From a virus (Duplodnaviria > Caudoviricetes), in IMG/VR virus record IMGVR_UViG_3300042191_000068, positions 224 to 64,223 of that record: 64,000 nt of DNA. One strand, 5' to 3'. Every line of letters starts with the position of its first letter. Position 1 is the first letter of the stretch. Of this stretch, positions 24,997 through 35,006 are shown one piece after another. The position numbers were made by a program, and so were the translations under genes. The notes under the pieces were generated by a model. The model ran no database searches. It had not been told where the DNA came from and saw nothing but the letters and a program-made list of their open reading frames with translations.

Positions 24997-25469
24997 GCGA
25001 GAACAAATTCAAGACACTAAGGCACATCGAGACAGTACGTAATTTCCTCGGCGGAGTAGTAGCGGAACTTCTCAAGAGGGCCGAGGAGCACGACCAGAGC
25101 AAGCTGCAGTCTCCGGAGGTGGAAGTATTCGAGGAGTACACGGCAAAGCTCAGAGACTGCACCTATGGGTCCGCTGAGTACAAGACCTACTTGGATGGCA
25201 TGGGCGTAGCCCTGGAGCACCACTACAAAGTCAACAGACACCACCCCGAACACTTCGGCGAGATCGCGAAGATGAATCTGATAGATATCACGGAGATGTT
25301 GTGCGACTGGAAAGCTGCCACGCTTCGTCACGCAAACGGAGATATCTACAAAAGCATTGAGTTCAACCAAAAGAGGTTTGGGTATTCTGATGAAATGAAG
25401 CAGGTACTCATCAACACAGTGCGGATGTTGGATTTGCTGGAGGTTAAGCACTTTGCGGAGGAAAGCTGA
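24993..25469 (+). CDS. HD-like hydrolase, DUF5662-type (158 aa)
   Basis: RHI...HDQSK...HHY..NRHHPEH...EMLCDW motifs. Confidence 0.75.
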   Translation: MSENKFKTLRHIETVRNFLGGVVAELLKRAEEHDQSKLQSPEVEVFEEYTAKLRDCTYGSAEYKTYLDGMGVALEHHYKVNRHHPEHFGEIAKMNLIDITEMLCDWKAATLRHANGDIYKSIEFNQKRFGYSDEMKQVLINTVRMLDLLEVKHFAEES

Positions 25470-25657
25470 TGAAAGAACGAGAACTCGAAATTGAGGACAG
25501 GATCAACTTGTTGAGGCGTACTGAGGGAGTTCAACTCCTTGCGGAGCTTCTCTCCCTTCGGAGAGAACGTCATCGGGACAAGCTCGAAAGCAGCGAGAGT
25601 GAGGAGATGAGGGGCAGGGCAAAGGAGTGTAAAGATCTGATACACATATTGTCTTGA
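25469..25657 (+). CDS. Small head-module protein (62 aa)
   Basis: Located between portal and scaffold; ...RGRAKEC.DL. Confidence 0.7.
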   Translation: MKERELEIEDRINLLRRTEGVQLLAELLSLRRERHRDKLESSESEEMRGRAKECKDLIHILS

Positions 25658-25683
25658 CACCTGGTGTAACCGTGTGTTACACT
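25654..25683 (+). promoter_or_regulatory. Sigma70-type promoter for scaffold/capsid genes, overlapping GTAAC-N5-GTTAC
   Basis: TTGACA-18 nt-TACACT with TGn. Confidence 0.75.
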
Positions 25684-25706
25684 ACAGATAAAATTCGGAG
25701 GATTTC

Positions 25707-26615
25707 ATGGAAGACGAAGTAATTGATAGCGGAGTGACAGAAGACGAGTTCGATCTCGCCTTCAACGTCGCCGTAGGCGGGGAACCGGAGAAGGAAGAGC
25801 CTGAGAAGGAGGACGTAGTCGTCGAGGCGGAGCCTGAAGTGGCCGTCGTAGACGAACCTGCTCCTCTTGTTGAGGAGAAGCCGAAGGTAGAACCCGAAGT
25901 AAAGGCTGCTCCGCAGCCGGAGCCGGCCCCGAAGGTCGACCCCGAGGTCGAACGACTCGCCCAAGAGACGAAGGCCAAAGAAGACGCAGCCGCCAAGGCT
26001 GAAGCCGACCGTCTGCAGGTCGAAGCACTCGCTAGAGAGGCGCTGACTCCAGAGGAGCAAGCTGCTCTCAAAGAGGTAGAGGCTAATTTCCCTGACACCG
26101 CGTCGGCCCTGAAGGCCGTCGAGCGCATAGCTTTCACCAAGGCTGAGAACGCATTCAATGCGAAATTGAAAGCGATTGAAGAGAAATTCGAACAGAAATT
26201 TTCTCAGATAAGCCAGGACTTCGCCCCGGCGATCGCCACTGCCAAGGTCGTAGCTCAGAACACGCATCAGGCCGAGATCCTCAAGGGTCACGCCGACGCC
26301 TTTGAAATCGTACCAAAGGTCGAGGAATGGGTAAACGCTCAGCCCGACTTTCTGAAGTCAGCATATAACGCGGTCCTCGATAAGGGGAGCGCTTCGCAAA
26401 TTGTAGAATTGTTCAACATCTTCAAGAAGGAAACGAATGGTAGTGTGAAGGGGCCTCCATCTTCTACTCCGACTCCTGAAGAGACTGCACAGAAGGCTGC
26501 GAAGGAGAAAAAACTGCAATCCCAGGAGGGAGTACGCAGTCGACAAGCAGCGCAAAAGGGCGGTATTGACGAAGACGACTTCGAGTCGGCGTTCAACGCA
26601 GCCGTAAATTCCTAA
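25707..26615 (+). CDS. Scaffolding protein
   Basis: Acidic E/P/A-rich N-terminus, FDLAFN/FESAFN terminal repeats, directly upstream of the capsid gene. Confidence 0.8.
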   Translation: MEDEVIDSGVTEDEFDLAFNVAVGGEPEKEEPEKEDVVVEAEPEVAVVDEPAPLVEEKPKVEPEVKAAPQPEPAPKVDPEVERLAQETKAKEDAAAKAEADRLQVEALAREALTPEEQAALKEVEANFPDTASALKAVERIAFTKAENAFNAKLKAIEEKFEQKFSQISQDFAPAIATAKVVAQNTHQAEILKGHADAFEIVPKVEEWVNAQPDFLKSAYNAVLDKGSASQIVELFNIFKKETNGSVKGPPSSTPTPEETAQKAAKEKKLQSQEGVRSRQAAQKGGIDEDDFESAFNAAVNS

Positions 26616-26633
26616 TTTTGGAGGTATGACCCC

Positions 26634-27632
26634 ATGACAATGACAGTGAGTGATATTAGCCTTCGAACGGCTGGGTATGTGGCTGGCAAGCTTCTTATGA
26701 GAGCTGACCCTGCACTTATTATACAACCGTTCCTGCAAACTCATGAAATCCCGCAGAACGCATCGAGCACTATCAAATTTCGGCGCTACGCAGCACTCGC
26801 TGCGGCGATCGCAGACCTGACTGAGGGGGTTACTCCTCCGTCCAGTACCATCACGCATTCCGACTATGAGGCAAATCTGTCGCAGGTTGGCGCGTGGGTA
26901 GGTATCTCCGACCGCGTAGCTGATACGCACGAAGACCCTATCATCAAAGAGTACACCAGCATTCTTGCAAAGCAGGCTGCGCTCTCTGTTGAGACTCGGC
27001 TGTTCAACGTAATGAAGGCTGGTACTAACGTGTACTTCGCCAACGGCACCGCACGGACCGATGTAAACACTTCGCTGACCAAAGCACTGCAGCAGAAGAT
27101 TACGAGGGGCTTTAAGCGTCAGAATGCATCTACCATTACTGAGAGACTGAGCAGCTCGGCTAAGATGGAGACTGTATCCGTCAAGCCGTCGTTCATCGCG
27201 TTTATTCATCCCGACCTCGAACCTACCATCCAGGCAATCCCCGGCTTTAAGGACGTTGTCGACTACGGCTCGATGTCCTCATATCCGACTGAGATCGGTA
27301 GTATCGGCGATGTTCGGTATTTGACCTCTACCGTGTTCACCTCTTGGGCTGACGGCGGCGGGGCGAAAGCCGGTTCCGGTACCACGATGATCTCCACGAC
27401 CGGCACCAGTGCCGACGTATATCCGATCATCTACATCGCCGCTGAGTGTGCGGCGGTAACACCGCTCAAAGGGAAGACCGCCCTCGACCCGTTCGTCGTC
27501 AACCCTGGAACTTCTCGGGAAGGCGATCAGCTCGGCCAGCGCGGGTGGATCGGCTGGAAGACTTACTTCGCAGCTGTCATCCTGAATCAACTCTGGATGT
27601 GCAGAGCTGAGGTAGCGGCTGCAGAGCTTTAA
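26634..27632 (+). CDS. Major capsid protein, N4-gp56 family
   Basis: IKFRRY, LTEGVTP, HEDPII, EIGSIGDVRY, DQLGQRGWIGWK motifs. Confidence 0.9.
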   Translation: MTMTVSDISLRTAGYVAGKLLMRADPALIIQPFLQTHEIPQNASSTIKFRRYAALAAAIADLTEGVTPPSSTITHSDYEANLSQVGAWVGISDRVADTHEDPIIKEYTSILAKQAALSVETRLFNVMKAGTNVYFANGTARTDVNTSLTKALQQKITRGFKRQNASTITERLSSSAKMETVSVKPSFIAFIHPDLEPTIQAIPGFKDVVDYGSMSSYPTEIGSIGDVRYLTSTVFTSWADGGGAKAGSGTTMISTTGTSADVYPIIYIAAECAAVTPLKGKTALDPFVVNPGTSREGDQLGQRGWIGWKTYFAAVILNQLWMCRAEVAAAEL

Positions 27633-27639
27633 AATTGAA

Positions 27640-27655
27640 GGGGGCTTCGGCCCCC
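27640..27655 (+). terminator. C(UUCG)G hairpin after the capsid gene
   Basis: GGGGGC-TTCG-GCCCCC; weak U-tract. Confidence 0.6.
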
Positions 27656-27681
27656 AACTCTTAAAATAAGGAGAACACAAA

Positions 27682-28227
27682 ATGTCTTTGAACTATGCAG
27701 ATCAGGTCCAGAAAATGGGGACCGTTACTGTCTCTAACCCTGCTGTCGCCGTCAACTTGGTTTGTGGTTGGCAGCCTCGGTATGTGCGGGCGTATAACGT
27801 CAATAACCTCGTGGCTTACGAGTATTTCTACGGTATGACCGCAGGAACCTCGCTCGACAACGGCAATCATGCCGACACCCAGAACTCGGTCAACGCCGCA
27901 GGGTCCATCACTCTGTACGCAGGACGCAATGCCGGCGCAGCCGTAACAGGCACCGTCGCAGTAACTGCCGATTCCCCGACCATCACCGGGACCAGCACCA
28001 ACTTCGTCGGCGAACTCGCTGTAGGTGACAAAGTCACCATCAATGGGGAAACCGTCAGCATCCTGTCGATTACCAGCTCGACTGTCGCTACCGCCGACAA
28101 ACCGTTCGTCGCTACCACTACTGGCGCCAGCCTGTATGATATGCTCGGCAAAGGCGAAGGCGTGACCCTCGGCACCGACATCTGCGACACCGCAGCCGAC
28201 GTTGTTCGTTGGGTAGCATTCCGCTAA
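27682..28227 (+). CDS. Virion structural protein, possibly capsid decoration (181 aa)
   Basis: SD AAGGAG; T/A/G-rich; follows the capsid gene. Confidence 0.75.
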   Translation: MSLNYADQVQKMGTVTVSNPAVAVNLVCGWQPRYVRAYNVNNLVAYEYFYGMTAGTSLDNGNHADTQNSVNAAGSITLYAGRNAGAAVTGTVAVTADSPTITGTSTNFVGELAVGDKVTINGETVSILSITSSTVATADKPFVATTTGASLYDMLGKGEGVTLGTDICDTAADVVRWVAFR

Positions 28228-28274
28228 AAAGATAGCCCGTCCAGGCGGGCTTACAATACCTGGAGGAGATTATT

Positions 28275-29015
28275 ATGAGCAGACAAGAAGTCAAGACTCT
28301 TCGAGTGATCGCGGAAGAGATTACCAATGCAGCCGGCACCATGCCCTCTCTCCCCGGAGTGGGTACGTTCGCAGGAGTGAAGACCTTCAGTTCGCAGGTC
28401 GTCCTGCAGGACGCTCACAGCGGTATCCTGATCGGGTGTGGAGCCTCCGGTTCCGCGTTTGCCCTCGGAGCAACTGGAGATAACGCCAAAGAGTATTACC
28501 TCGACGCGACCCATACTACCGGCGACATGCGGGGCGAGTATCTCAGGCTTTATTTCTCCGGCGCAGGTGGGTCTGGCGAAGCTTTCCGAGCGATGAGTAC
28601 CATCAACAACGTGTCCGTCGCAACTGGCGGGACGGTGAACGGTGCCCATATCTCTCTCGGCACTGCCGGAGCCTCCGCCGCAGTATCCGGCGCAGCCAAC
28701 GCCTTGCGGGCGACCTTCGGGATCGCTGCGCTTTCTACCAACATTGGTGGAACTTGCTCAGTTATTCAGGTCGACACCGACATCGCAACCGAGGCCACTG
28801 TCCCGACGAACTTTGCCTTCCTGCGGTTCACCAATACTGGGGCGAGTAAGTCGAACAATCTCATGCGTATCCCGAACGTCGCTGCCGAAGCTGGTGGGCT
28901 GTTCTGTGCGCACGATACGCAGGCCATGACCCATTCTATCAGGATAGTAAGTGAAGGTGGTACGCCGTATTACATCATGTGTACCAACGCTTCGACCAAC
29001 AGGACGGAGTCTTAA
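28275..29015 (+). CDS. Virion structural protein, fibre-like (246 aa)
   Basis: G/A-rich; SD GGAGG. Confidence 0.75.
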   Translation: MSRQEVKTLRVIAEEITNAAGTMPSLPGVGTFAGVKTFSSQVVLQDAHSGILIGCGASGSAFALGATGDNAKEYYLDATHTTGDMRGEYLRLYFSGAGGSGEAFRAMSTINNVSVATGGTVNGAHISLGTAGASAAVSGAANALRATFGIAALSTNIGGTCSVIQVDTDIATEATVPTNFAFLRFTNTGASKSNNLMRIPNVAAEAGGLFCAHDTQAMTHSIRIVSEGGTPYYIMCTNASTNRTES

Positions 29016-29016
29016 T

Positions 29017-29202
29017 ATGGACTTGGCTAAAGAGCGACAGAGCCTGGTAGCCCAGAGGGATAACGCATGGGCAGTGTATCACCAGGCTATAGGCGCAATT
29101 GCCTTCATAGATGCAATGCAGGAGAGTCAGAAGTCGATGACTCTCGGCGAGTTGGGCGAGGCGTTCGGCGCGAAAGAAATAGGCGAGCCAGAAGAGCTTT
29201 AA
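29017..29202 (+). CDS. Small coiled-coil protein (61 aa)
   Basis: MDLAKERQSLVAQRDNAW...; SD GGAG. Confidence 0.65.
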   Translation: MDLAKERQSLVAQRDNAWAVYHQAIGAIAFIDAMQESQKSMTLGELGEAFGAKEIGEPEEL

Positions 29203-29206
29203 GCAA

Positions 29207-29232
29207 AAGGGAGGGTGTAACAGCCCTCCCTT
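29207..29232 (+). terminator. Hairpin terminator
   Basis: AAGGGAGGG-8 nt-CCCTCCCTT. Confidence 0.6.
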
Positions 29233-29265
29233 CTAGGGGAAGAAATCCAAGAAGGAGGAGTGTAA

Positions 29266-29682
29266 ATGAACGACGAATTTGATGTAGAAGTTGACCTGAA
29301 CGGGCCGGCGGAGCCGGAGAAGAAAAGCAAGAAGCTTGCGAAGGTCTCCAAGAAGAAGCAGGAGATGATCGACAGGATCATGGCCGCGACTGACGAAGAA
29401 CTCGACGAGCCGATGGGCGCCGTTCGCATTGACGAAAAGACCAAGAAGATCAGGATCATCATCGACGAAATGGCCGGCTGCAAGGACAATTACGAAGCCG
29501 TCGGCGTGAATGGCGTCGTCTACCAGATCAAACGAGGCGTTCCGGTCGAAGTCCCTCCCGAAGTCGTCCACGTTCTCGAACTCGCCATAGCTACGCACAT
29601 TGAGCAGAAGAAAAACCCGTACACCGGAGAACTGGAGGAAACAGAACGAAGGTACTCAGCAATCCCATGGCGGAGGGCATAA
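29266..29682 (+). CDS. Hypothetical structural-module protein (138 aa)
   Basis: SD AAGGAGG; V.VNG..YQIKRG..VEVP motif. Confidence 0.8.
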   Translation: MNDEFDVEVDLNGPAEPEKKSKKLAKVSKKKQEMIDRIMAATDEELDEPMGAVRIDEKTKKIRIIIDEMAGCKDNYEAVGVNGVVYQIKRGVPVEVPPEVVHVLELAIATHIEQKKNPYTGELEETERRYSAIPWRRA

Positions 29683-29685
29683 GCC

Positions 29686-30372
29686 GTGACCCGAGCTGAG
29701 ATGTTGACAGAACTCCTCGAAGTTCTCAACAGCGAGACGACGAACGGAGCATGGAGCGATGCAAGGCTCCTCGCCTACCTTGCCGAAGGGCAGGATAAGT
29801 TCTGTGAAGAGACTGGGTTTTTCGTTGACATAACGAACTACACGCTGGCGCTCGCTACAGGTACGGCGCTCTACGCGATCCCGGCCAGAGCCATTCAGAT
29901 AATGAATATCTGGTACGGAACAAAGCGTTTAGGGAAGGTTCTCCAGGACTCGGTTTCAGAGCCTGACGAGTGGCCTGTCGACTTCGACGACACTGCATCC
30001 GGGATGCCGAACCAGTGGCAGACCGACCAGACAACCGGCTTCATCAAGCTGGCTCCGACGCCGACCGCGACCGAAAACGGCCTTACTCTCAATCTTCATG
30101 TCTGGAGATACAGCAGATACGATCTCGCAGGCGACGGAGCGACTACAGGTGTAGCAGCTACGCCCGAGCTTCCAGCTCGGTTCCAGCGAGCATGTATTGA
30201 GTGGGCGGCGTACAAGGCGTTCAATCATCACGACATGGAGGCCCAGGACCCGGTTAAGGCACGAGACCATCTCAGCATCTTCAACGAGTACGTCATGGAT
30301 GGGCGCTCCGCGTTCCGGCGGTTCCATAATCTAGAAACTAGAATAGGGTCTGACCCCGCTTACCGGACATAA
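29686..30372 (+). CDS. Probable head-tail adaptor (228 aa)
   Basis: Size, position, and the YKAF/HL..F pattern typical of podovirus adaptors. Confidence 0.65.
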   Translation: MTRAEMLTELLEVLNSETTNGAWSDARLLAYLAEGQDKFCEETGFFVDITNYTLALATGTALYAIPARAIQIMNIWYGTKRLGKVLQDSVSEPDEWPVDFDDTASGMPNQWQTDQTTGFIKLAPTPTATENGLTLNLHVWRYSRYDLAGDGATTGVAATPELPARFQRACIEWAAYKAFNHHDMEAQDPVKARDHLSIFNEYVMDGRSAFRRFHNLETRIGSDPAYRT

Positions 30373-30374
30373 GA

Positions 30375-31283
30375 ATGGCCCAGGCAAAACTCATACCGAT
30401 CTTCAAAGCCACAACGGGGCTGAATAACGCACTTGACCCTGTACGGCTGAGTTACGACCTGAAGACCGGAGTCACTGAGCTTGCCCAACTGGTCAACATG
30501 AATGTTGACAACTCAGGCCGGCCTTCAAGCCGGCTTGGACGATCTACCGCGAAGCGGGCGGAAGCTTCAAGGTGTGCGTTCTCCACTGGCGAGACCTGCC
30601 TCTACGTTGCCGGAACCGAAATGTACCAGCTTCTTCCCGACTACTCGCGAACCGTAGTTCGCACCGGCCTGACACTTGGCGCCAGGATGCGATATCAGCC
30701 GATAGCCGGGAGGATTTATTACACAAACGGGCATGAGAAAGGCTACGTCTTCAAGGGCGCGGATAACACCTGGCAGAAGGGAACATTCACCGCTCCTGGA
30801 AACCCCAAGACGATTTACTCCAATCCGCCTACCGGCCACCTGGTAAGTTGGTTCGCAAGCCGAGCACTGATCGCCAAAGACGATGTAGTCTTCGCCTCGC
30901 TTCCTTCGTTCTACGGAGTCTTCGATCTGCATGGCGACATGAAGCTGTTTCCGAACAGTGTGACAATGCTGCAGCCAACGCCTGCCGGTCTCTGGGTCGG
31001 GACGACAACTCAGATCCTCTTTTACCGAGGCACGGAGTGGCGGAAACTGAGAAGAGAGGAGAAGGCCCCGTTCGGTGTCATCGAAGGTTCTTCAGTCTGG
31101 TGCCCTGCCGAGAAGATGGGCGGGCCGAAGTCAGTAATTTTCACCACGCCGCAAGGGATCTGCTCAGGCAGTGAGGACGGCACATTTACCAACCACACGT
31201 ACAATAAACTTATTTTCCCAGCAGGACGGTACGCAAGCGCTGCGATTGTTGACAGTCGGTACATAGTCCTTTTAGAACCTTGA
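30375..31283 (+). CDS. Probable tail nozzle/stabilisation protein (302 aa)
   Basis: GLNN..DP...LVNMNVDNSG N-terminus and beta-propeller-like repeats. Confidence 0.6.
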   Translation: MAQAKLIPIFKATTGLNNALDPVRLSYDLKTGVTELAQLVNMNVDNSGRPSSRLGRSTAKRAEASRCAFSTGETCLYVAGTEMYQLLPDYSRTVVRTGLTLGARMRYQPIAGRIYYTNGHEKGYVFKGADNTWQKGTFTAPGNPKTIYSNPPTGHLVSWFASRALIAKDDVVFASLPSFYGVFDLHGDMKLFPNSVTMLQPTPAGLWVGTTTQILFYRGTEWRKLRREEKAPFGVIEGSSVWCPAEKMGGPKSVIFTTPQGICSGSEDGTFTNHTYNKLIFPAGRYASAAIVDSRYIVLLEP

Positions 31284-31305
31284 TCAATAGAGGAGATTAT
31301 AAAAA

Positions 31306-32043
31306 ATGGCAACAAGACTGTCTACAGGCACAAGAAATGCAATGGTGTCCAAGCACTCATACCCGACCAAAATGGTCACTGGAACGACCTTCGCTTTTGA
31401 AGACGGTACCGGCACCGACGGTACTGACCGGATTACCGATTCTGGCAGCGGCTTTGTATCCGCAGGTTACATTGCTGGAGACTATATCTCCGTTGCAGGC
31501 TCGACTTCGAACAACGTCGCTGGAGTGAAAGTCTCCGCAGTAGCCGCAGGTTACTTGGAAATCCCTGCCGGCTCACTTACGACTGAGGTCGCAGGCGACC
31601 AGGTTATCGTCGCCGCAGGCATGAACGGTGGGTCGCTCGACGAGATTTTTCGCGACTGTGTAATCGAGGTCTACACCGGCGCACAGCCGGCCACCGCCGA
31701 CCTTACTGAGTCCGGGACCAAGCTCTTACGGATTACCGTAAGCTCCGGAGCGTTCACTCCGGGAACAGCCACTAATGGGCTGAACCTTGCCGATGCAGCT
31801 TCCGGCGTCTCCGCCAAAGAGACTTCCGAGGTCTGGAGCGGTGTCGGTCTTGCCGCAGGAACTGCAGGCTGGTTCAGGTGTTACAGCAATGCCTATGTGA
31901 CCGGGGCTTCTTCTGTTGCCGAGCGATTTGACGGTGTCTGCGGCGTAGGTACTGGCGAACTTCGCATGTCGAGTCTTACCGTTGCGGTCGGAGCCACTAC
32001 GACGATCGACACGGCAACCGCAACGCAACCGGCTTCGGCGTAA
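31306..32043 (+). CDS. Tail structural protein (245 aa)
   Basis: Motifs IEVYTGAQPA, GTAGWFR and DG.CG. Confidence 0.7.
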   Translation: MATRLSTGTRNAMVSKHSYPTKMVTGTTFAFEDGTGTDGTDRITDSGSGFVSAGYIAGDYISVAGSTSNNVAGVKVSAVAAGYLEIPAGSLTTEVAGDQVIVAAGMNGGSLDEIFRDCVIEVYTGAQPATADLTESGTKLLRITVSSGAFTPGTATNGLNLADAASGVSAKETSEVWSGVGLAAGTAGWFRCYSNAYVTGASSVAERFDGVCGVGTGELRMSSLTVAVGATTTIDTATATQPASA

Positions 32044-32054
32044 GGAGGTAGGAC

Positions 32055-32495
32055 ATGGCTGCTGGAGCATGGACCAAATTCGATAAATCGATATATTACG
32101 GGATGATCGGCACGATCGACTTCGATGTCGCGACTGCCGACACCTTCAAGTGCGCCCTGCTGCTGGATACGTATACGCCGGATCTGACCGATGATACATG
32201 GGCCGATCTTTCCGCGCACGAACATGCAGGGGCGAACGGCTATACAGCGGGCGGAGTAGGGCTGACTTCAGTGGTTTACACGAACACTGCAGGGGTTGAT
32301 ATGTGGGACGCCGCCGACATATCGTGGACAGCTTCAGGCGGGCCGATCACAGCGAAGTACGCTGTGATCTATCACGTCGCCTCCGGCAAGCTTATTCGTT
32401 ACTGTGACCTCGACGATACCGGAAGTAGGACGGCGACGGATGGCAATACATTTGTTATTCAGCTTTCGGCTTCCGGAATATTCGACATTACTTAG
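32055..32495 (+). CDS. Tail structural protein (146 aa)
   Basis: DTFKCALL...ANGYTAGG...WDAADISWTASGG pattern. Confidence 0.75.
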   Translation: MAAGAWTKFDKSIYYGMIGTIDFDVATADTFKCALLLDTYTPDLTDDTWADLSAHEHAGANGYTAGGVGLTSVVYTNTAGVDMWDAADISWTASGGPITAKYAVIYHVASGKLIRYCDLDDTGSRTATDGNTFVIQLSASGIFDIT

Positions 32496-32503
32496 AGGAC
32501 TAT

Positions 32504-33298
32504 ATGGGTGACTGGCCGTCAGATTTTGGAGGAGGAAGGATAGTTACTGGATTAGTCTCTAATGCTGAGGCAGTCACGGTAAACACTAAGGGGGCATGGG
32601 CTACAGTGCTAGATCCGTGCCCGTATGATGCTGTTTTATATGTCTCTGCAAGGATATATATTGGTGACTGTCTGTATGATATCGGCATCGGCGCAGCAGG
32701 AAGTGAGCAAGTTGTGATGTCGAATGTCCTGACTACATCTGGCTATTCTTCAGGTAATTACAAAACAACGAACTGCATTTTTCCGGTAACTGTACCGAAA
32801 GGCAGCAGGATCGCTGTGCGCCGGCAGTGCTCTGTAAATCCAGGCTATTTCAGGATTGCTATTCATCCTGTTCCTGCGGCGACCGGGATAATTGCGCCGC
32901 TTTCGTCGTGTACCACAATTGGGGACAACACAGCGGATAGCGGAGGGACAGCAGTAGACCCTGGTGCCTCGGCACTTACAAAGGGTTCGTATGTTCAACT
33001 TACGGCAGGACTTGACAGGCCGGTAAGAGCTATAATACTTGCGGCTGGAGATAGGCGGAACGCGACAATGAGTATTGCTGAGTGGACTGTCGATATCGCT
33101 ATTGGGGCTGGTAATGATATAGTTGTTCCAGATATAGCTCTGTTTTCCCACTCTAACTCTGACACCATATTCCCTGAGATTTCAATGCCGTTTCCTGTCA
33201 ATATTCCTGCAGGAGAGGCAATATCGGTTCGAGCGCTTTGTACAATTACAGATGCAACGGACAGAGTTTTTGATGCCGTTTTGTATTGTTTTTCATAA
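32504..33298 (+). CDS. Tail protein with an internal tandem duplication (264 aa)
   Basis: Both halves share TKG.W/Y...DI.IGA....V...FPV.(V/I)P.G..I.VR..C. Confidence 0.75.
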   Translation: MGDWPSDFGGGRIVTGLVSNAEAVTVNTKGAWATVLDPCPYDAVLYVSARIYIGDCLYDIGIGAAGSEQVVMSNVLTTSGYSSGNYKTTNCIFPVTVPKGSRIAVRRQCSVNPGYFRIAIHPVPAATGIIAPLSSCTTIGDNTADSGGTAVDPGASALTKGSYVQLTAGLDRPVRAIILAAGDRRNATMSIAEWTVDIAIGAGNDIVVPDIALFSHSNSDTIFPEISMPFPVNIPAGEAISVRALCTITDATDRVFDAVLYCFS

Positions 33299-33307
33299 GG
33301 AGGTATT

Positions 33308-33634
33308 ATGGCCGTTACATCGGTTGGAACCGCAACTCAAACTGCTACGCTCGACACTGAGCATACGTTAGATACTGAAACAACTCCAGGAGTGTATGTT
33401 CTTGTTGTTGATACTGCTAATTTGGTAGCAGGCGATATCGTGCTGCTTAGGATCAAGACGAAATATACTACTGGAGGTACTTCAAGGCTGGCATATATCA
33501 AAGAGTTTGCTGGAGTCCAGACTGAGCCGAACAAATACTCTGTCCCTGTCCCGGTAGATGCAGAAATAGTATGCACACTCGAACAGACTGACGGGACCGG
33601 AAGAGATTTCCCATGGAACTTATTGAGATTGTAA
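33308..33634 (+). CDS. Tail structural protein (108 aa)
   Basis: SD AAGGAGG; beta-rich. Confidence 0.75.
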   Translation: MAVTSVGTATQTATLDTEHTLDTETTPGVYVLVVDTANLVAGDIVLLRIKTKYTTGGTSRLAYIKEFAGVQTEPNKYSVPVPVDAEIVCTLEQTDGTGRDFPWNLLRL

Positions 33635-33635
33635 C

Positions 33636-34517
33636 ATGGGAATAAGGCACGGAGCTTTATACGTAATAGCAGATGGACAGGAGACAATCTACCCTGTAAC
33701 TGCGCACTCATACTCTGAAGGGTTTGCTCCGACAGTTCTTGCTATCGACGATTACTCTCATCCTGAGACAGGATCGTCCGTATCTACAGGCTACGCCCCT
33801 ACTGTCGCCGAAGCGCAGGGGTCGTTCGCCATCGAACTTCCTCCTATTGCCGTAGCGATCGAGGCCAGAGGCGTAAACTGCGAGCTGATCCTCGACCTGC
33901 CAGCCATCGAGTTCCTCGGAGAGACTTCCGCGCCAGCCTGGCTCGACTTCACCCTCCCTGCACTGGAGGTGCTTCTCGGCACAGGCTCAAGCCTAGCCTT
34001 CGAAGTTCCTTTCCAAGAACTCACCATGACGGCGGTTTCCGGAGCAACCTGCTCCTTAGTCGCAGACTTGCCGGCAATCACGTTTGCCGGGCAAACCGGC
34101 GCGGCTCTGGCCTTCGACCTCGCAGTTATTGAGGCGGCATTGGCCGGCACGACCGGCCTTGTCGCCGACCTGCATTTGAATTTCCCGGCGCTCGAAGTCC
34201 TCCTCACAGGGACCGCTGCGCAGGTAGCCCAGTTACAATTTTCTCTCCCGCCGATCGGCGCAAGTTTCACAGCAAGCCAACAGACCCTGAGTAGCCTCCT
34301 CCTGGAGATCCCCCCTCTCCAAGTCCTCCTCTCAGGGTCTGTTGGGACTGTTGCTTCGCTTGAGTTCGACCTACCGGTACCGGAGGTACTGATGTCCTCT
34401 TATGAAGACATCTCGGCCAGCCTGATCTTCTCTCTCCCGGTCCCGAAGTTCTACGTTGAGGGTGCAGCCATGGCGAGGTTTGACAATTACATCCTGTCGT
34501 ATACACGACCTTCTTAG
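33636..34517 (+). CDS. Repeat-rich tail protein (293 aa)
   Basis: Periodic L.F.LP...L.G repeats of about 21 aa. Confidence 0.75.
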   Translation: MGIRHGALYVIADGQETIYPVTAHSYSEGFAPTVLAIDDYSHPETGSSVSTGYAPTVAEAQGSFAIELPPIAVAIEARGVNCELILDLPAIEFLGETSAPAWLDFTLPALEVLLGTGSSLAFEVPFQELTMTAVSGATCSLVADLPAITFAGQTGAALAFDLAVIEAALAGTTGLVADLHLNFPALEVLLTGTAAQVAQLQFSLPPIGASFTASQQTLSSLLLEIPPLQVLLSGSVGTVASLEFDLPVPEVLMSSYEDISASLIFSLPVPKFYVEGAAMARFDNYILSYTRPS

Positions 34518-34526
34518 GAGGACAAA

Positions 34527-35006
34527 ATGAGTGATCGTCTCACGATAGCAATGAACACCCTCAACAAGGCGCCGAGCCAGTACACCAACATGCCCTTCGA
34601 CTCCGTCGTCGAGTTTAACGGTAAACTCGTCATGTTTGGCGACACCGGGATTTTCGAAGAAGGCGGAACGACTGACGCAGGGACCGCAATCTCTTGGTGG
34701 CTGGACACTCCGACCCATGACTTCGAGAGTAGGGAACAGAAGAGTATCGAGGCTTATGACATCGGATATGAATCTGTCGGTAACGTCACCGTTACCCTGA
34801 CGGGTGATGAAGATACCGCCCACGCCAGAGCGTATACGCTTGCGCCGACTACGTCGGGGCAGGTCCAGCAGGACATGTTCAAGACCTTGAAGAAGTATCT
34901 GTACGGCAAGGCTCGGTACTGGAAGGTCCGGGTCGCGGGTACCGGCAACTTCTCACTCGACTTCCTCGCCCTCGCCCCGGTATTCCTCAAACGCAAGAAA
35001 CGCTGA
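34527..35006 (+). CDS. Tail structural protein (159 aa)
   Basis: SD AGGAGG; ...GKARYWKV. Confidence 0.75.
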   Translation: MSDRLTIAMNTLNKAPSQYTNMPFDSVVEFNGKLVMFGDTGIFEEGGTTDAGTAISWWLDTPTHDFESREQKSIEAYDIGYESVGNVTVTLTGDEDTAHARAYTLAPTTSGQVQQDMFKTLKKYLYGKARYWKVRVAGTGNFSLDFLALAPVFLKRKKR

